From Macrostomum lignano (taxonomy: Eukaryota), in contig NIVC01001399.1 of NCBI GenBank assembly GCA_002269645.1, forward strand, positions 191,463 through 255,462: a stretch of DNA of 64,000 bases, given 5' to 3'. The number at the start of each line of letters is the position of its first letter. Positions within the stretch are counted from its first letter, which is position 1. This document shows positions 48,505-60,746 of the stretch, one piece after another. The notes under the pieces were generated by a model. It ran no database searches. It was not told the DNA's origin and was given only the letters and a program-made list of their open reading frames with translations. The translations under genes and the position numbers were made by a program.

Positions 48505-49900
48505 TTAAAAGATAACTTTAAAATGGAAGAAAGGGCGCAGCTGGCACTGTGGCTGAGACGGCTCTGAGGGTCCTAAGCTGTCAGTCGAGATGCTCCTGGA
48601 GCTCTGCCATCTTGGGCATGAGAGGCTGCCTGTTAGAAGCAGGAATATTGCGGATCTCGCTCTGGAATTCAAGCGGCAGGCGGCTCCAGAGCGCGTAGAC
48701 GTAGCTGTCGAGGGTGCAGGCAAGCTCGCCGAGGCGGAGGAGCTGGCCGGTGGCCAGGTGGAGGGCGTCTGTGAATTCCTTGAGCTCACCCAAGTCGGAG
48801 GCAGAGCTGAAGTGAAAGGCGAGGAGACGCTGGAAGGAGGCGTTCTTTTTCTCCTGCGTGTCGGCGTAGTTGGCCTGGAGGACACGCAGCAGTCCTCCAC
48901 GTAGGCGCCCGGTTGGCAGGCGTCGAGGGCACCGAGATTCTTGAGAGCGGAGCCGGAGAGCAAACCGCGGAGTGCCTCAAATTTGTCGACGTCTTTGAGG
49001 CTGGAGCGGTCGACGCGGTAAACGAAGGCATCCCAGAAGCCCGGAAATGCAGCAGGGTCCGTACCGTCGAAGGTCGGGAGAAGCACGTTCTTGAGAATGG
49101 TGGAGCGGATGAGCCCGGTCGGATCGTGGGCATCTGATGCGGGCGTTGAGGCAGCTGGTGTCGAGGCTGGACGGACGGTGGCAGCTAGCGAGCTGTTGCA
49201 TCAGGTGCTGGTTCTGCTGCATCATCGCGGGTCATGGAGGCGAGGTAAGGCGTTGACGTCAACTCCGGGTTAACAGGAGAGGCGGCAGAGATCGGTCTGA
49301 GCAGCAGGATCGGAGCCATTGCTCCGGCTGAAGAAGCTGGTGACGGGTCACTGAGGTCAAAGGGCGGTTGCTGATTTCCGTCAAGGCCGCGCGCTCTTTG
49401 TACGTTCCCAGAGAGCTACATTAAACTATGGTGTCATTGCCTTCGATGGTATGGCAGAGAGCTACATTAAACTATGGTGTCATTGCCTTCGATGGTTGGC
49501 AGAGAGCTACATTAAACTATGGTGTCATTGCCTTCGATGGTATGGCAGAGAGCTACATTAAACTATGGTGTCATTGCCTTCGATGGTATGGCAGAGAGCT
49601 ACATAAACGATGGTATCATGGCCTTCGATGGTATGTCAGAGAGCTACATTAAACGATGGTATCATGGCCTTTGATGGTATCATTGCAGGCAGCGGAGTTC
49701 GATGTTATCACTGTCTTCCTGGGCTAGCTTGTAGCAGCTGTGCTGAAGAGGGCCCTGTGGAGGCGGTGCCAGCAGGGACGAAAGCGGAGTCTAGACAGAG
49801 ACGGCAGGAGACACGGCGGCAGCTGCGCGGTGCATCGGAGAAGTTCGGAGCAGTGCCTCTGGAGAGACAACTGCTCTGGGTAGGGTACTCGTACATCGTA
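48505..49900 (-). mobile_element. Degenerate BEL/Pao LTR-retrotransposon gag fragment (DUF1759-like)
   Basis: LPTFDGTDPAAFPGFWDAFVYRVDRSSLKDVDKFEALRGLLSGSAL is the typical BEL/Pao gag motif. It has multiple frameshifts, and no pol or LTRs were seen. Confidence 0.75.
49410..49680. repeat. 46 bp minisatellite (AGAGAGCTACATTAAACTATGGTGTCATTGCCTTCGATGGTATGGC), about 6 copies
   Basis: Directly visible; it interrupts the gag-like sequence. Confidence 0.95.
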
Positions 49901-50313
49901 GATTTTAAGATTAGTGCGAGCAGTGTTGCTCTGATGTGAAGATCTTTGTGGTGATATCTTGACGGGCAGCTGGTTGGCAGTAATATTGCATGGCGACCAC
50001 ACGCAAAAATACAGAAGGAAATACTATTTTTTCAGCTTACATGTGTAAATCTGACAGAAACATTTAATTTGCATGTCCTACACCAGCGTTTTTATTAACT
50101 CTAGGAATTTTCCATTAAAAGATAACCGTACAAATTTGATGGCTAAAGTGTAAAATATGATTATATACTCTTGTCATGCAAAATTATACAGACTGAACTT
50201 TAATACATTGTATTCAAATGTCAAAAAATCTTATCAAATGTTAAAGCTGTCTGCAGTCTGCTGCATTATGCTTCATCGAGATTGAATTGAGCTGATTTAC
50301 ACCGGCCTAGCTT

Positions 50314-50590
50314 ATGGCCAGATGTGCAACCGACAGCTCCGCCGCAGCTATTTTGCGGCGCATCTGAAGACTGCGTTCAGTCCAATTAAGGACTGGGGTC
50401 GCCACACACCCTGAATTACCCCAGCTAATGCTGGCACCAATTTTACAGCTGGGTGAACTGAAGCAAATAAATGCAGAGTTTACATGTAAAATATCTTCTT
50501 GATCGTGCTGCACACAAAATTGTTCCAGTGGGATCGGGAATCGAATCCCCAACCTTCAAGTCGTGAGTTTGACGCTCAACCACTGGGCTA
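50314..50590 (-). mobile_element. tRNA-derived CORE-type SINE, second copy
   Basis: A box TAGCCCAGTGG and B-box-like GGATTCGATTCCC. The body shares GATGTGCAACCGACAGCTC and GCTAATGCTGGCACCAATTTTACAGCTGGG with the copy at 13910-14148. Confidence 0.8.
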
Positions 50591-50961
50591 AAACATTTTA
50601 TAATAAATATTTAATTGCCTTAAAAATATAAAAATGAATACACCTTTTTTACGCATGCATCTATTACATACAAAACATGTATGCGTTTTTCCTTTACCTT
50701 TAACATGCTTTACGCTAACTAAATTTTACATAATGTAGTAATACAGTTTTCTGACTTTGTTCTGTATTAAAAATGCTTTTGGTTTTTACATTTTGCGGAA
50801 ACATTTGTTAACTTTTATGTTTGTTTTTATCGCGGTAATACAGTTTTTATATAAAATGAATTTTCAGTGCTAAAAAAATAAGGAAACGGCAACGCATCAT
50901 AATAAAATATTAAATAAACCTTAACATTCTTAGAGACAGAAGTTACTTTACGTCGTTTACG

Positions 50962-53900
50962 ATGTCGCACCCCGTTACCGTTAGTGTTGAATACTGGTAA
51001 GTATCATTTTATTAATACTTTAACAGTTGAACTTGATGCACTAAAAAGATTAAAACATAGGGGATAGGTGGGTGGGGCTACCTTCTTCTTTAGTAGTACT
51101 ATATACTAACTTTGATGCCATTGTATCCAAATGTCAAATCTGTTGAATCGGTTTTGAATCGATAGAAATCCACTAGGCCTATACTGAAATAGTTAGCTAC
51201 AAGAATCTGTTAGGCCTAGTTTTTACAATAAATGAATTTAATTAGCAAACTACGCCTAATTCCATTCTCTCTTGCTGTCCAATTGGTACAAACAGTTTTT
51301 ATGAGGATAGGCCTAGTATAGAAGCGTTAAAGCTATACCCAAAGTTCCAGACCAGTATCAGTCTAATAGGCCAACTATTTTTATATTTGTACATGCATGT
51401 GTTTCTATTATAATAAAGTTTGTGGCTATTATTAAGTGTTTAGGCCTATTTAGAGATGGATAAATAGTCTATTTTTGTATAGGCCCTATATGTAGAGTAA
51501 TTATTATTAGTGTTGCTTCTCATCTCAACAAAACAAGAATATTTTATACAATATTTCTATTGCATTAATTTTGAAGTAAGTTGTATTAATATATTTATAT
51601 TCTTGAAGGGGTAATTAAGCTAAGTTGGGAATCCTACAATGGCCACCAAGTTGTTCCAGGGGGTTCTATCTGGCTATTCACAATCCTACGGCTGTCACCA
51701 AATTGTTAAAGGATTTTATTTTTAATTTTAACCTATCCTGCTGATGCTACAGAACTCTTGAGTATCCTGGAATGAGTTTTATAATTTTAAAGGTTCATGT
51801 ATAAGCTAGCCATTTAAACCAGTTAGAATTACTAGAATTACTAAGTTACGAGGTTAGAACTATGGGCTTTCATGTAAGTACGGATTGCCCTAGTAGCACG
51901 TAGTGCCTGAGCAGCAAGACACTGTTTAGCTAAGGGGGTGACTAAGTCCTAAAAAGCAGTCATCTCCAATGGACCAAGGGTGCCCAGTGAATTCTTGTTT
52001 CCTATCTACAGATTTGCTTGTGTCATTCACGACCTGTCATTGGTTGTTCGATTCGAAATAGCCACTGGGATAATTCTCCCTTGTCTATTGGCTGATCACG
52101 CCTCTGTTCTTTGCGGGTCCGCTTATTGGCTCATAGACTGTTAGTCTGATACTCTTGGTAGATTCCACCTTTGCCCAATGAGCAGTCGCTCTCAGCTTTT
52201 GACAAATAAAGAAGGCTTGAACACCTCTAATTTTCTTAGGCAAATCGCCTCTATATTCAGGATCGAGTAAAAAGCTCAGTCGCCTCTTTGGGTGCAAAAC
52301 TCCCATGTATTTATAATAAGATTGGGGTGGGGGACCAGATTCATTTAAACAAAAAATATTTTCCAAGTTATGTTTCCATAGTGACGCAAAAATTTAAATT
52401 GGGCCTACATCAATGTTAAGTTTATTTACTTGCTAAGAACCATAGTCGGAATAGTTTCCATGCATTTTGGTGCTTAGCATTTTGGTACTCCAGATTGCTT
52501 TTTGGTGCTCTAGTTTATGATGCCTAAATAATAATAAAAAGTAATATAATAGCAAATATAATAAATACTTTACAAAACATTTAGTATTTCTAATGAAAGC
52601 TATAATCCAGTAGGCCTATCTATTTTTTTTTCAATTGGCATGTCTTTTAAATTTTGAAAAATCAGGTCAATTTAATTGTATGCACTTTTCGAATCCTTTA
52701 TTACAATTATAAGGTTGCACTGCACTTAGCATGCATGCTAAGAAGAGTTATTTAGGTAAAGATGAAATCTATCAATAATGCTAAATGTAGTTTTGATCAA
52801 AATTATGGAATGGCACAAATCTATTCTAGTATTGATTTCTTGAGTCACATGATTCTGTTTTATTTCTTAAAAAATCAAATTGAAAGAAAAAAATTACATG
52901 AAACAAGACCATTTTTTAATTTAAACCCAGGTCAGCTTAACAAAATGAATACCTAAGTTATTAAATAAATAAGTATTATAAAGCAAAGTGCTTACTGCTA
53001 AATAGGGCTCATTTTTTATATTTTTGTGTTAACTATAATTTTTAATTTAGGCACCAAAAAGCAAACCGGGGTACCAAAATGTAGGGCAACAAAAAGGGTA
53101 GATACCGTCTAGATCATGCTAGGTGCATACCCAAATAAAACTTGAATAATTACAAATGTATGCCAGAAAATTGAGTGTAGTGAATTAATTTTATAGATAA
53201 ACAAAGTTTATTTACTTGCTGAGAACCATAGTCTTGATCATTCATGCCCTAACAAAAATTAAATATATAAATGTATGCCAAAAAATAGAGTGCACACCTA
53301 TTCTCAAAACTAAGCTGATTTTGCGACATTAAGTGACCTTTTTTATATTCTACTTTATAATAACTTTTCTATGATTCTATAAAATATATACCAGGTATGC
53401 ATGCATACCATTTTCTTAATAGTGATGTACACCAACTGTACATGCCTACTTTTGGCATGCAAGCAGTGTTGGGCACTATTAATGAAAATCTTAACTTTGT
53501 TAATGGCAAAAGCATAGTGTTAAAACAAAAAAATCTTAACCTATTCACTTTTAATTTTGTTAAATTAACTAAAATTTAACTGATAATTGTTATTAAGTGT
53601 TAATCTGTTAAAGTTACCACAGAAAATACAGAAATCTTGCAAAACAGACTTCATAATATACTGTCTGCTTTTCTACCTTTTAGCAAAACACTGAGATCAT
53701 TTAAGGGATTTATAAGCTAAGAAAGTAAAAAATAATAATTTAAAAAACTTGTATGTGTAGTAGAGCAGTATTTTAGGAATGGGAATTAGTAGCAAAGCAG
53801 ATATGCTTTTTGCCTACTGTCAGTAGTTTAGGGTTAGGAAAGTAATTAGAGCGGGGGAAAAGCGCTAGTTTTTGGGATTCCTTAGAAGTATAGAGCAGTT

Positions 53901-56900
53901 TGGGGCTTGGGAAGCAGATTTGTTCATGGTTTTGTCTCGCATAGAGGCGCCTAACTGCAGTCACTCCTGTGAAACTTGTCTCTGCCTGGCTGAAAGCTTG
54001 TAATGAGTGAGTAGGCTGGGTTGGAGGGTAATAGTGGATCGGGAAGGGCTGTGGGTAGCTGTTTAGGAAGGCAGGCCTATACCTGTACCAAGGTGCTCTG
54101 ACGGTATCCCTCAGGCACCCTCTGAACGTATAGCCAGCGACCCTATTAAAGCTGGAGTGTGCCAGAACCAGGACTGAGTCTGAGCAGGATGGGACCGTTG
54201 GCACAGTCACAATAGAAATGGCGGGTTGGCAAAGCAAAGGGTGAAACAGTCCCGGCGATTAGCCCTCCTGCCGCTTCAAAGATAAGAGACTGTCTGTTGG
54301 CAAGAGTACCCGTGGCTTAGTTGGGAGGGAGGCTCCTTTGGGTTGCCACGGCCGTGGGGGCGGTCAAATGACCGGCATTGGCTTTTCTAACCCATGAGTA
54401 GGCACGGGCTTCCCTGATTGGTTCTTTCAACCCCCATGGGCCTCGGGGAGGTTTATGATTTGTACCCGGGGGTAGAGGGGCGGTCGGCCCCAGCATGGTT
54501 GCCACGGCTCTAGGCCTTCGGGCCATCTCTAATAGGCTATGGGGGCCTTCTAACCTGGTTTGTGGGCACGGGCTTCCTGACTGGTTCGTCGAACCGCTAC
54601 TGTCCCCGGGGAGGTTTGGTTTTTTTGATACTGCCCTGTACAGTCCTCTATAGTCTAACTTGGCTTTTAGTGTACATTAGTACTCTCCCAATTTGGAATC
54701 TAAATTATTTCTAGTGGCGTAAGAGCCTTTTTACTTAGGCTGAGGCGCCGGAAGCACTTATCATAGTCATAGTCATAGGCTTGGGAAGCAGATTCATTCA
54801 TTCGCAGACTTGCGAAGTCTCAAATTAGTCTCAAATCACCGCGAGGCTGTGGTTTTGTCTCGCATAGAGGCGCCTAACTGCAGTACCCCTGTGAAACTTG
54901 TCTCTGCCTGGCTGAAAGCTTGTAATGAGTGAGTAGGCTGGGTTGGAGGGTAATAGTGGATCGGGAAGGGCTGTGGGTAGCTGTATAGGAAGGCAGGCCT
55001 ATACCTGTTCCAGTTGGTGCTTTGACAGTCTCCTTCAAGTGCCCTCTGAGCAAACAGCCAGCGACCCTATTATAGCTGGAGTGTGCCAGAACCAGGACTG
55101 AGTCTGAGCAGGACGAGACCGTTGGCATGGTCACTATAGAAATGGTGGGTTGGCGAAGCAAAGGGTGAAATAGTCCCGGCGATTAGCCCTCCTGCCGCTT
55201 CAAAGATAAGAGACTGTCTGGCAAGAGTACCCGGGGTTTAGTTGGGGGGAGGCTCTTTCGGGCTGCCATGGCCGTGGGGGCGGTCATATGACCGGTTTTT
55301 GGCTTTTCTAACCCATGGGATTCCTGACTGGTGCGTCCTTCCACTGTCACTGTCTCCCAGGGAGGTTTTTGATTTGTCAATTGCCCTTTGTACAGTCCTC
55401 TTAGCTCCAATTAGGATCTCAGTGTACATAAGTACACTCCCAACCTGGAATTAATTTATATCTAGTGGTGTAAGAGCCTAATCAATGGCTGAGGCGCCAA
55501 ATACTTATTACTGTTACTGTTACTGCTTGGGAAGCAGATTCGTTCGTTTGCGGACTCGCGAAGTCTCAAATTAGGAAAGGTAAGAGGCAGGAAAAATATT
55601 AGGAAATACGTAAAACTGTTAGAGGTAGTCAATGCCAACAACAGTACACTACAAGGTAGTCAATGCCTAGCTTTTCCCACAAGTAAAGTAACAATAACCA
55701 TTGCATGCTGATTTTCTTTTCTTTTTTTGAAATAATAAAGTTTTGTTAAATATTTTGGTTTTCCTGTGTCACTCCTTATCACTAAATTAATAGAAATAGG
55801 GAAGCAGGAAGCCTGGTGGCAGGAAATCTACCAAAATCTAAAACCAGTAAATCCACTAGTAAAATCCTTAGCAATAGAAAACCAGTAGCCCTAACCGCGA
55901 GGTATCACACTTGTCCATATTTATATAATACTACTAAAATAAGCATATGGTAAAAAGGTAAGACATAACTCATTTATTTGAAACTTGAAAGCTAATTGAT
56001 TAATAATAAAATACAAATATAAAGGTTGTTTCAATAGCATTAGTAAGTGCAGCAGAAAGTTAAGAAAAAATTGGGAAAGAAGTGAATCAAAGTAATTGAT
56101 GCTCATGCACAAGCAATAACATAATTTTAATTCATTATTAAAGTTCATTAGTAAGAAGTTATTATATTTGCATCATCATTCTTAAAAACAAAAATGTTAA
56201 ATATGTATTTAGGTAAATTGAAATACATACTGCAATGTAACTTCTTGCCAGATTTATATTTTTGTTCTTTTTTGCATCCTTGGTCATTGACATTGCCATT
56301 AATGTTAAGGGTGAATAAGGGATATTATTAATGCAAATTTGTTAATCCATTATTGCAAAAAAATCTTAATGGCAGTCTATTAATGTTAATGAAAAATCTT
56401 AGTGCTTATTTATGGATAGATGCTTATTAATGGACTGGTGCCTAACACTGCATACAAGGCCAATGCACACCTTAATTTTTGGGTGTATACTATATGATCC
56501 AGAGTTTGGGCTAAGACTTATGTAAATACTAGTGTCAAGATCATATATTAGTATAGGCCTAATGTATACCAGAGAAAATTTGCTTATTGACTCTAGCTCA
56601 TAGCTTATAAGCCATATATGCGCAACTGCTGGCCAACCTGGCCAATCCAGCCACTGTAAATTATATAAGCTTTGTATTATGAGCTAAGCTAGGTAATAGT
56701 CTAGCCTATTGACATAAGAGATCAGGCTGAGTGGGAGCCAATACAAAAGCAGGGCCACAAAAGCCTTAACATGATCTGGGGCAATAAGGATATAATTTTG
56801 ATTGGCAAGGATAAGAATTTGATTTGTATACATAGTACTTGATATAAAAAATTGTGGTGCAAAAAATAAATGTCTAAACAAATAATTAATTTTTGTTGTA

Positions 56901-57786
56901 TATTTGTATTGATCATTTCATGCAGAACTGGTAACATTCTTGAAGTTATTAATTAAAATATCATGTATTAGTAATTGAATTTGTAGTAATGTTCAAAGCC
57001 CTACCACACTAGCATATAATGAATTAATTCTATTAGATAAGTTTTACAATTAATAATTTTATATCCTAAACATATTGTATTATTTATAAAATGTATAAAA
57101 AAATATAATATTGATTACCTTTTAGAATGTTTGAATATAGTTTATGAAGTATTGAAATTGTTTTAGAATTATACATTTGCAACACCTGGCCAATCTAGCT
57201 AATATAGCCAAGTAATGAGATGCCAAGAAAGGTAGTAAGTTGCAAAAATGGCCAACCCAAGAAAAAGCAAGGGAAGAAAAGGAAAGAAAGCAAATTAAGA
57301 AAAAACAAATATGTGATTGTGACAATCTGCAATCAAAAGCAATAAGTAATATTAATAGCTTCAAATCATATTTGAAGGGTTGAAGCCAGTCTTTGCTTAG
57401 TTAGATGCCGAGGCATTTTACTGGAGAAGCACAGTCATAGTCACTCCTGCCGTTTACCCAGTTGCGATTTTTATTGAGCATATATCCTTACTGGTTATCC
57501 CAATTTCACCCAATGCAGTGGCAGCGGATGAGGCTACGAACCCCGCTATGAGCACCTGCGCAGAGCTATTCTCAGCGCGTGCCCCAGCGGGGTTCAGATC
57601 TCCGGTCACGATGGTCGCCGGGGCAGCTTCGAGGTGACAATCAATGGCCAGCTGATTTTCTCCAAGCTGAAGCTGCACGGCTTTCCTGATGAAAATCAGG
57701 TTGTCGAACAGGTGAAGCGAGCTACAAATGGCGACGATCCTAACGTACTGGAAGATTCTCAAAGTCCCGGATGTAATCTGCTGTAA
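50962..57786 (+). CDS. MIEN1: Selenoprotein, MIEN1/SelW2-like (Rdx family), copy B, about 100 aa; exons 50962-50996 and 57519-57786; Sec UGA at 57529-57531
   Basis: MSHPVTVSVEYCGSGUGYEPRY...GSFEVTINGQLIFSKL...GFPDE...KRATNG...CNLL*. Exon 1 is paralogous to copy A exon 1 (same 35 nt length, TACTG|GTAAGT), and there is a SECIS in the 3' UTR. The 6.5 kb intron is inferred. Confidence 0.88.
53905..55570. repeat. Tandem duplication of an unclassified ~750-870 bp repeat inside the copy B intron
   Basis: The anchor GCTTGGGAAGCAGATT occurs at about 53907, 54778 and 55526. The two units align along their length and end in short tandem motifs (CATAGT)n and (CTGTTA)n. Confidence 0.85.
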
Positions 57787-57944
57787 TGCTGTGCTTCGCT
57801 ATTAACTTTTCATTTACAATCTCTCCGAAGAGCGTTTTCTCTTTTTTACAATGAATAAACAAATTTAGACGGTCAAAAACGTATATTTCTACTGTAAGTA
57901 GACTAAATAGTAGCATGAATTGAATTTCGTCAAAAACAAATAGA

Positions 57945-58105
57945 AAAACCAGCGCGAGCCCAGACGTATGACGACAGGCCTCGGCGTTAAAATCCTAATT
58001 GGAACCGTCCGCACCAGTACACCGGATGGGCGCCACCTGTCTGATATTATTGGCTAAAACTTTGCTTGACATTGTTTGGCTAAGTCTGTGCGCGCGTTGG
58101 GTTTT
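57945..58105 (+). promoter_or_regulatory. SECIS element of selenoprotein copy B
   Basis: The core 57968-58044 is identical to copy A except in the 11 nt apical loop. The same lower helix is present, with a longer 3' internal loop. Confidence 0.82.
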
Positions 58106-58489
58106 TTGGTTTCATTTATAAACAAAAAATTACATTGATATGATTAGAAAGAGAGAAAATCACTTTGTGGCAGAAAAGTGTCTTAAAAGTAATTTTTGAT
58201 TTATTAAGCGTCAAATATATCCTAAAACATTGTTTTTTTGCTTTCTGTGCACTCGTATGCTGTGCAACATTTATTCAGGTTGAAAACTTTTTACCCGCGG
58301 TATTTTTGGACCGATACAATTAAGCTCTGTGTTTTATTTAAAGGCCACTTAAATTGAAATATAAAATATAATAAATCAGAATTCTACGAGTGTAAGTTAC
58401 TCGCCCACTATAAAATCTCTCAATTTTAACTTTATTAAAGAGTAAAAAGTTTTCGAGTTTTCTAATTTTTACTTTTCACCTATCCAGTG

Positions 58490-58795
58490 GTCCTAGCAAC
58501 AGATATGTCCTTTTCTGGCTTCCCTAGCAACAGATATCTGTGTCCTTCTGGCTTCCCTAGAAACAGATATCTGTGTCCTTCTGGCTTCCCTAGCAACAGA
58601 TATCTGTGTCCTTCTGGCTTCCCTAGCAACAGATATCTGTGTCCTTCTGGCTTCCCTAGCAACAGATATCTGTCCACTTCTGGCTTCCCTAGCAACAGAT
58701 ATCTGTGTCCTTCTGGCTTCCCTAGCAACAAATATCTGTCCCCTTTTAGCTTCCCTAGCAACAGATATCTGTCCCGTTCTGGCTTCCCTAGCAAC
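58490..58795. repeat. 33 bp minisatellite (CCTAGCAACAGATATCTGTGTCCTTCTGGCTTC)
   Basis: About 9 directly visible tandem copies. Confidence 0.95.
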
Positions 58796-59059
58796 AGTTA
58801 TATTTCCTTGGCTTTGTTATAAAAATTTTATGTTATTATGGGATTGGAAAAGTTTTCTGAGGTCTGTCTTCATAAGTTATGCGTGTACATTTGCTAGACT
58901 TAGTCGCAGTGCATTGCATTTTGATGGTTCCGACAAGATCAGCTTTTGTTTATTCCAACGGTTTTAAACTTTTTCGAATTCTGAAATTTAGAAGAATGTT
59001 GTTAGATGTAGAAAGTGGTTGATATTGAATAACATGATATAGTGCATGTCCAGTAAGGG

Positions 59060-59390
59060 AATCTCATGCCTTACAGGAGTCTCATATCTAACAGGGGTAT
59101 CTCATCTAGCAGGTGAATCTCATCTCTAACAGAGACCTCATCTAACAGGGGAAACTCATATCCAACAGGAATCTCATATCTAACAGGGATCTCATCTAAC
59201 AGGGGAATCTAATATCTAACAGGAATCTCCTCTAACAGAGGAATCTCATATCTAACAGGATTCTTCTCACAGGGGAATATCATATCTAACAGGGATCTCC
59301 TCTAACAGAGGAATCTCATATCTAACAGGATTCTTCTCACAGGGGAATCTCATATCTAACAGGAATCTCCTCTAACAGGGAATCTCAGTA
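59060..59390. repeat. About 17-22 bp minisatellite (GGAATCTCATATCTAACAG)
   Basis: Diverged tandem copies. Confidence 0.9.
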
Positions 59391-59460
59391 CACGTACATG
59401 TGCACGCAGTGATACGTATAGATGAGTACAAAAACATCTCACCGTCAGAAGTGCTTGACA

Positions 59461-60653
59461 TCAGCTGGAAGCAGCGGCAGCAGCGGCCGTTTTTGCCAGC
59501 AGAGATCGCATCGCGGCGCTCTCCTGCGCGTCGGCCACGGCCGTCGGCGTGACGCCTTTGATGTTGGGCCTCGTCGGGTCGGCACCGGCGCTGAGAAGCA
59601 GCTCCGCCATGCGCAAGTGGCGGTGCATTGCGCAATAGAACAGTGCCGTCTGGCCCTGCGGGTGTTTGCGTGTGCAAAGGTTTGGGTCTAGTGACATATG
59701 TATGCACAAAGGGGAGCCATGAAAGGGGCCGTATCCGACAACCGCACAATGGCCCCAGAAAAATTGCACTCTCCCAGTAAGTAAATGAAAGAGGTAACCA
59801 TCGAGGCTCGACGAATAAGAGGAACTGTATACTTTTGGCACCTCTTTGGCAGGTATTGCATAGGTATGAGACAGCTAGGGGCTCCCACCAAGAGACAGGG
59901 CTCCCACCAAAAGACAGGAGCGCCCACCAAAAGACAGGAGCGCCCACCAAGAGACAGGGCTCCCACCAAAAGACAGGAGCGCCCACCAAGAGACAGGAGC
60001 GCCCACCAAGAGACAGGAGCGCCCACCAAGAGACAGAATTAAGGGTCCACCAAGAGATAGGAGGCTTTTTGACGGGCGTTGGCGACAAACCAAAAATACT
60101 TCGAAATCTTTCGCAATCGAGTGGTTCAACGAATTTTGAAATTTGGCAAAACTTCAGAGGCTTAGGGTTGTTAGGTTAGGGTAGGTTTTGCAATTTGTCG
60201 GCTGTTTAATGGCTTGGCGAATGTGGAATGTCAACGTCGTGGCGGACCTGCAGCCCCACGCACTCACCTGATCATCAACCGCGTCAGCGCTGGCTCCAGC
60301 ATCGAGTAGTGCCTTCGTCACATCCGGGTTGCCATTGTTCTTCAGCATGGCGCAGCGCACGATGGCGCAGCATCCGCTTGCGTCTCTGGCCGAGAGCAAC
60401 TCGCTTCTCATAGGTTCTTCACCCTGCTCATCGACAAGAGCCTTGTCTGACTTTGACTCCCTGTCCACTGCATCGCTCTCCGGACAGAAGTTCAACAGCA
60501 GGCTGATGGCTTCGAGCTTCTCGCCGTCAACAGCGTAGTGCAGTGCTGTGGAGCCTTTGCGATCCCGTTTGAGTCTGCTGGCACCGCGGTCCAGCAGCTG
60601 CCTGATGCTCGGCAGTATGCCTCTGTAGCACACTAGCATGAGGGCCGTCTTGC
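59461..60653 (-). CDS. Ankyrin-repeat protein, FANK1-like, 3' part only; exons 60653-60268 and 59655-59461 (5' exons outside the window)
   Basis: GKTALMLVCYRG...RGASRLKRDRKGSTALHYAVDG...ALLDAGA...DDQ|GQTALF...LLLSAGAD. The ankyrin repeats resemble the FANK1 C-terminal half, and the GT-AG intron joins in phase 0. Confidence 0.8.
59875..60050. repeat. 20 bp minisatellite (CCCACCAAGAGACAGGAGCG) in the last ankyrin-gene intron
   Basis: Directly visible tandem copies. Confidence 0.92.
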
Positions 60654-60746
60654 CTGCGGGGGGTTGCGAAATTTTAGGATCCAAGGACTGCTAACCAAGG
60701 TCAGTTAAAGGAGCTCAGAGCAGCTCAGCGGTAATTACGATCAAGG

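Noticed and set aside
48590-49273. Plus-strand ORFs of 60-104 aa
   Set aside because: Antisense shadows of the GC-rich BEL/Pao gag fragment.
52085-52366. 93 aa ORF with YKYMGV, reminiscent of the non-LTR RT YKYLG motif
   Set aside because: A single short motif with no other RT motifs recognisable nearby; too weak to call.
47577-57531. In-frame TGA as a nonsense mutation (pseudogenes)
   Set aside because: The TGA is at the same redox position in both paralogs, the frames are intact downstream, and a conserved SECIS-like structure follows.
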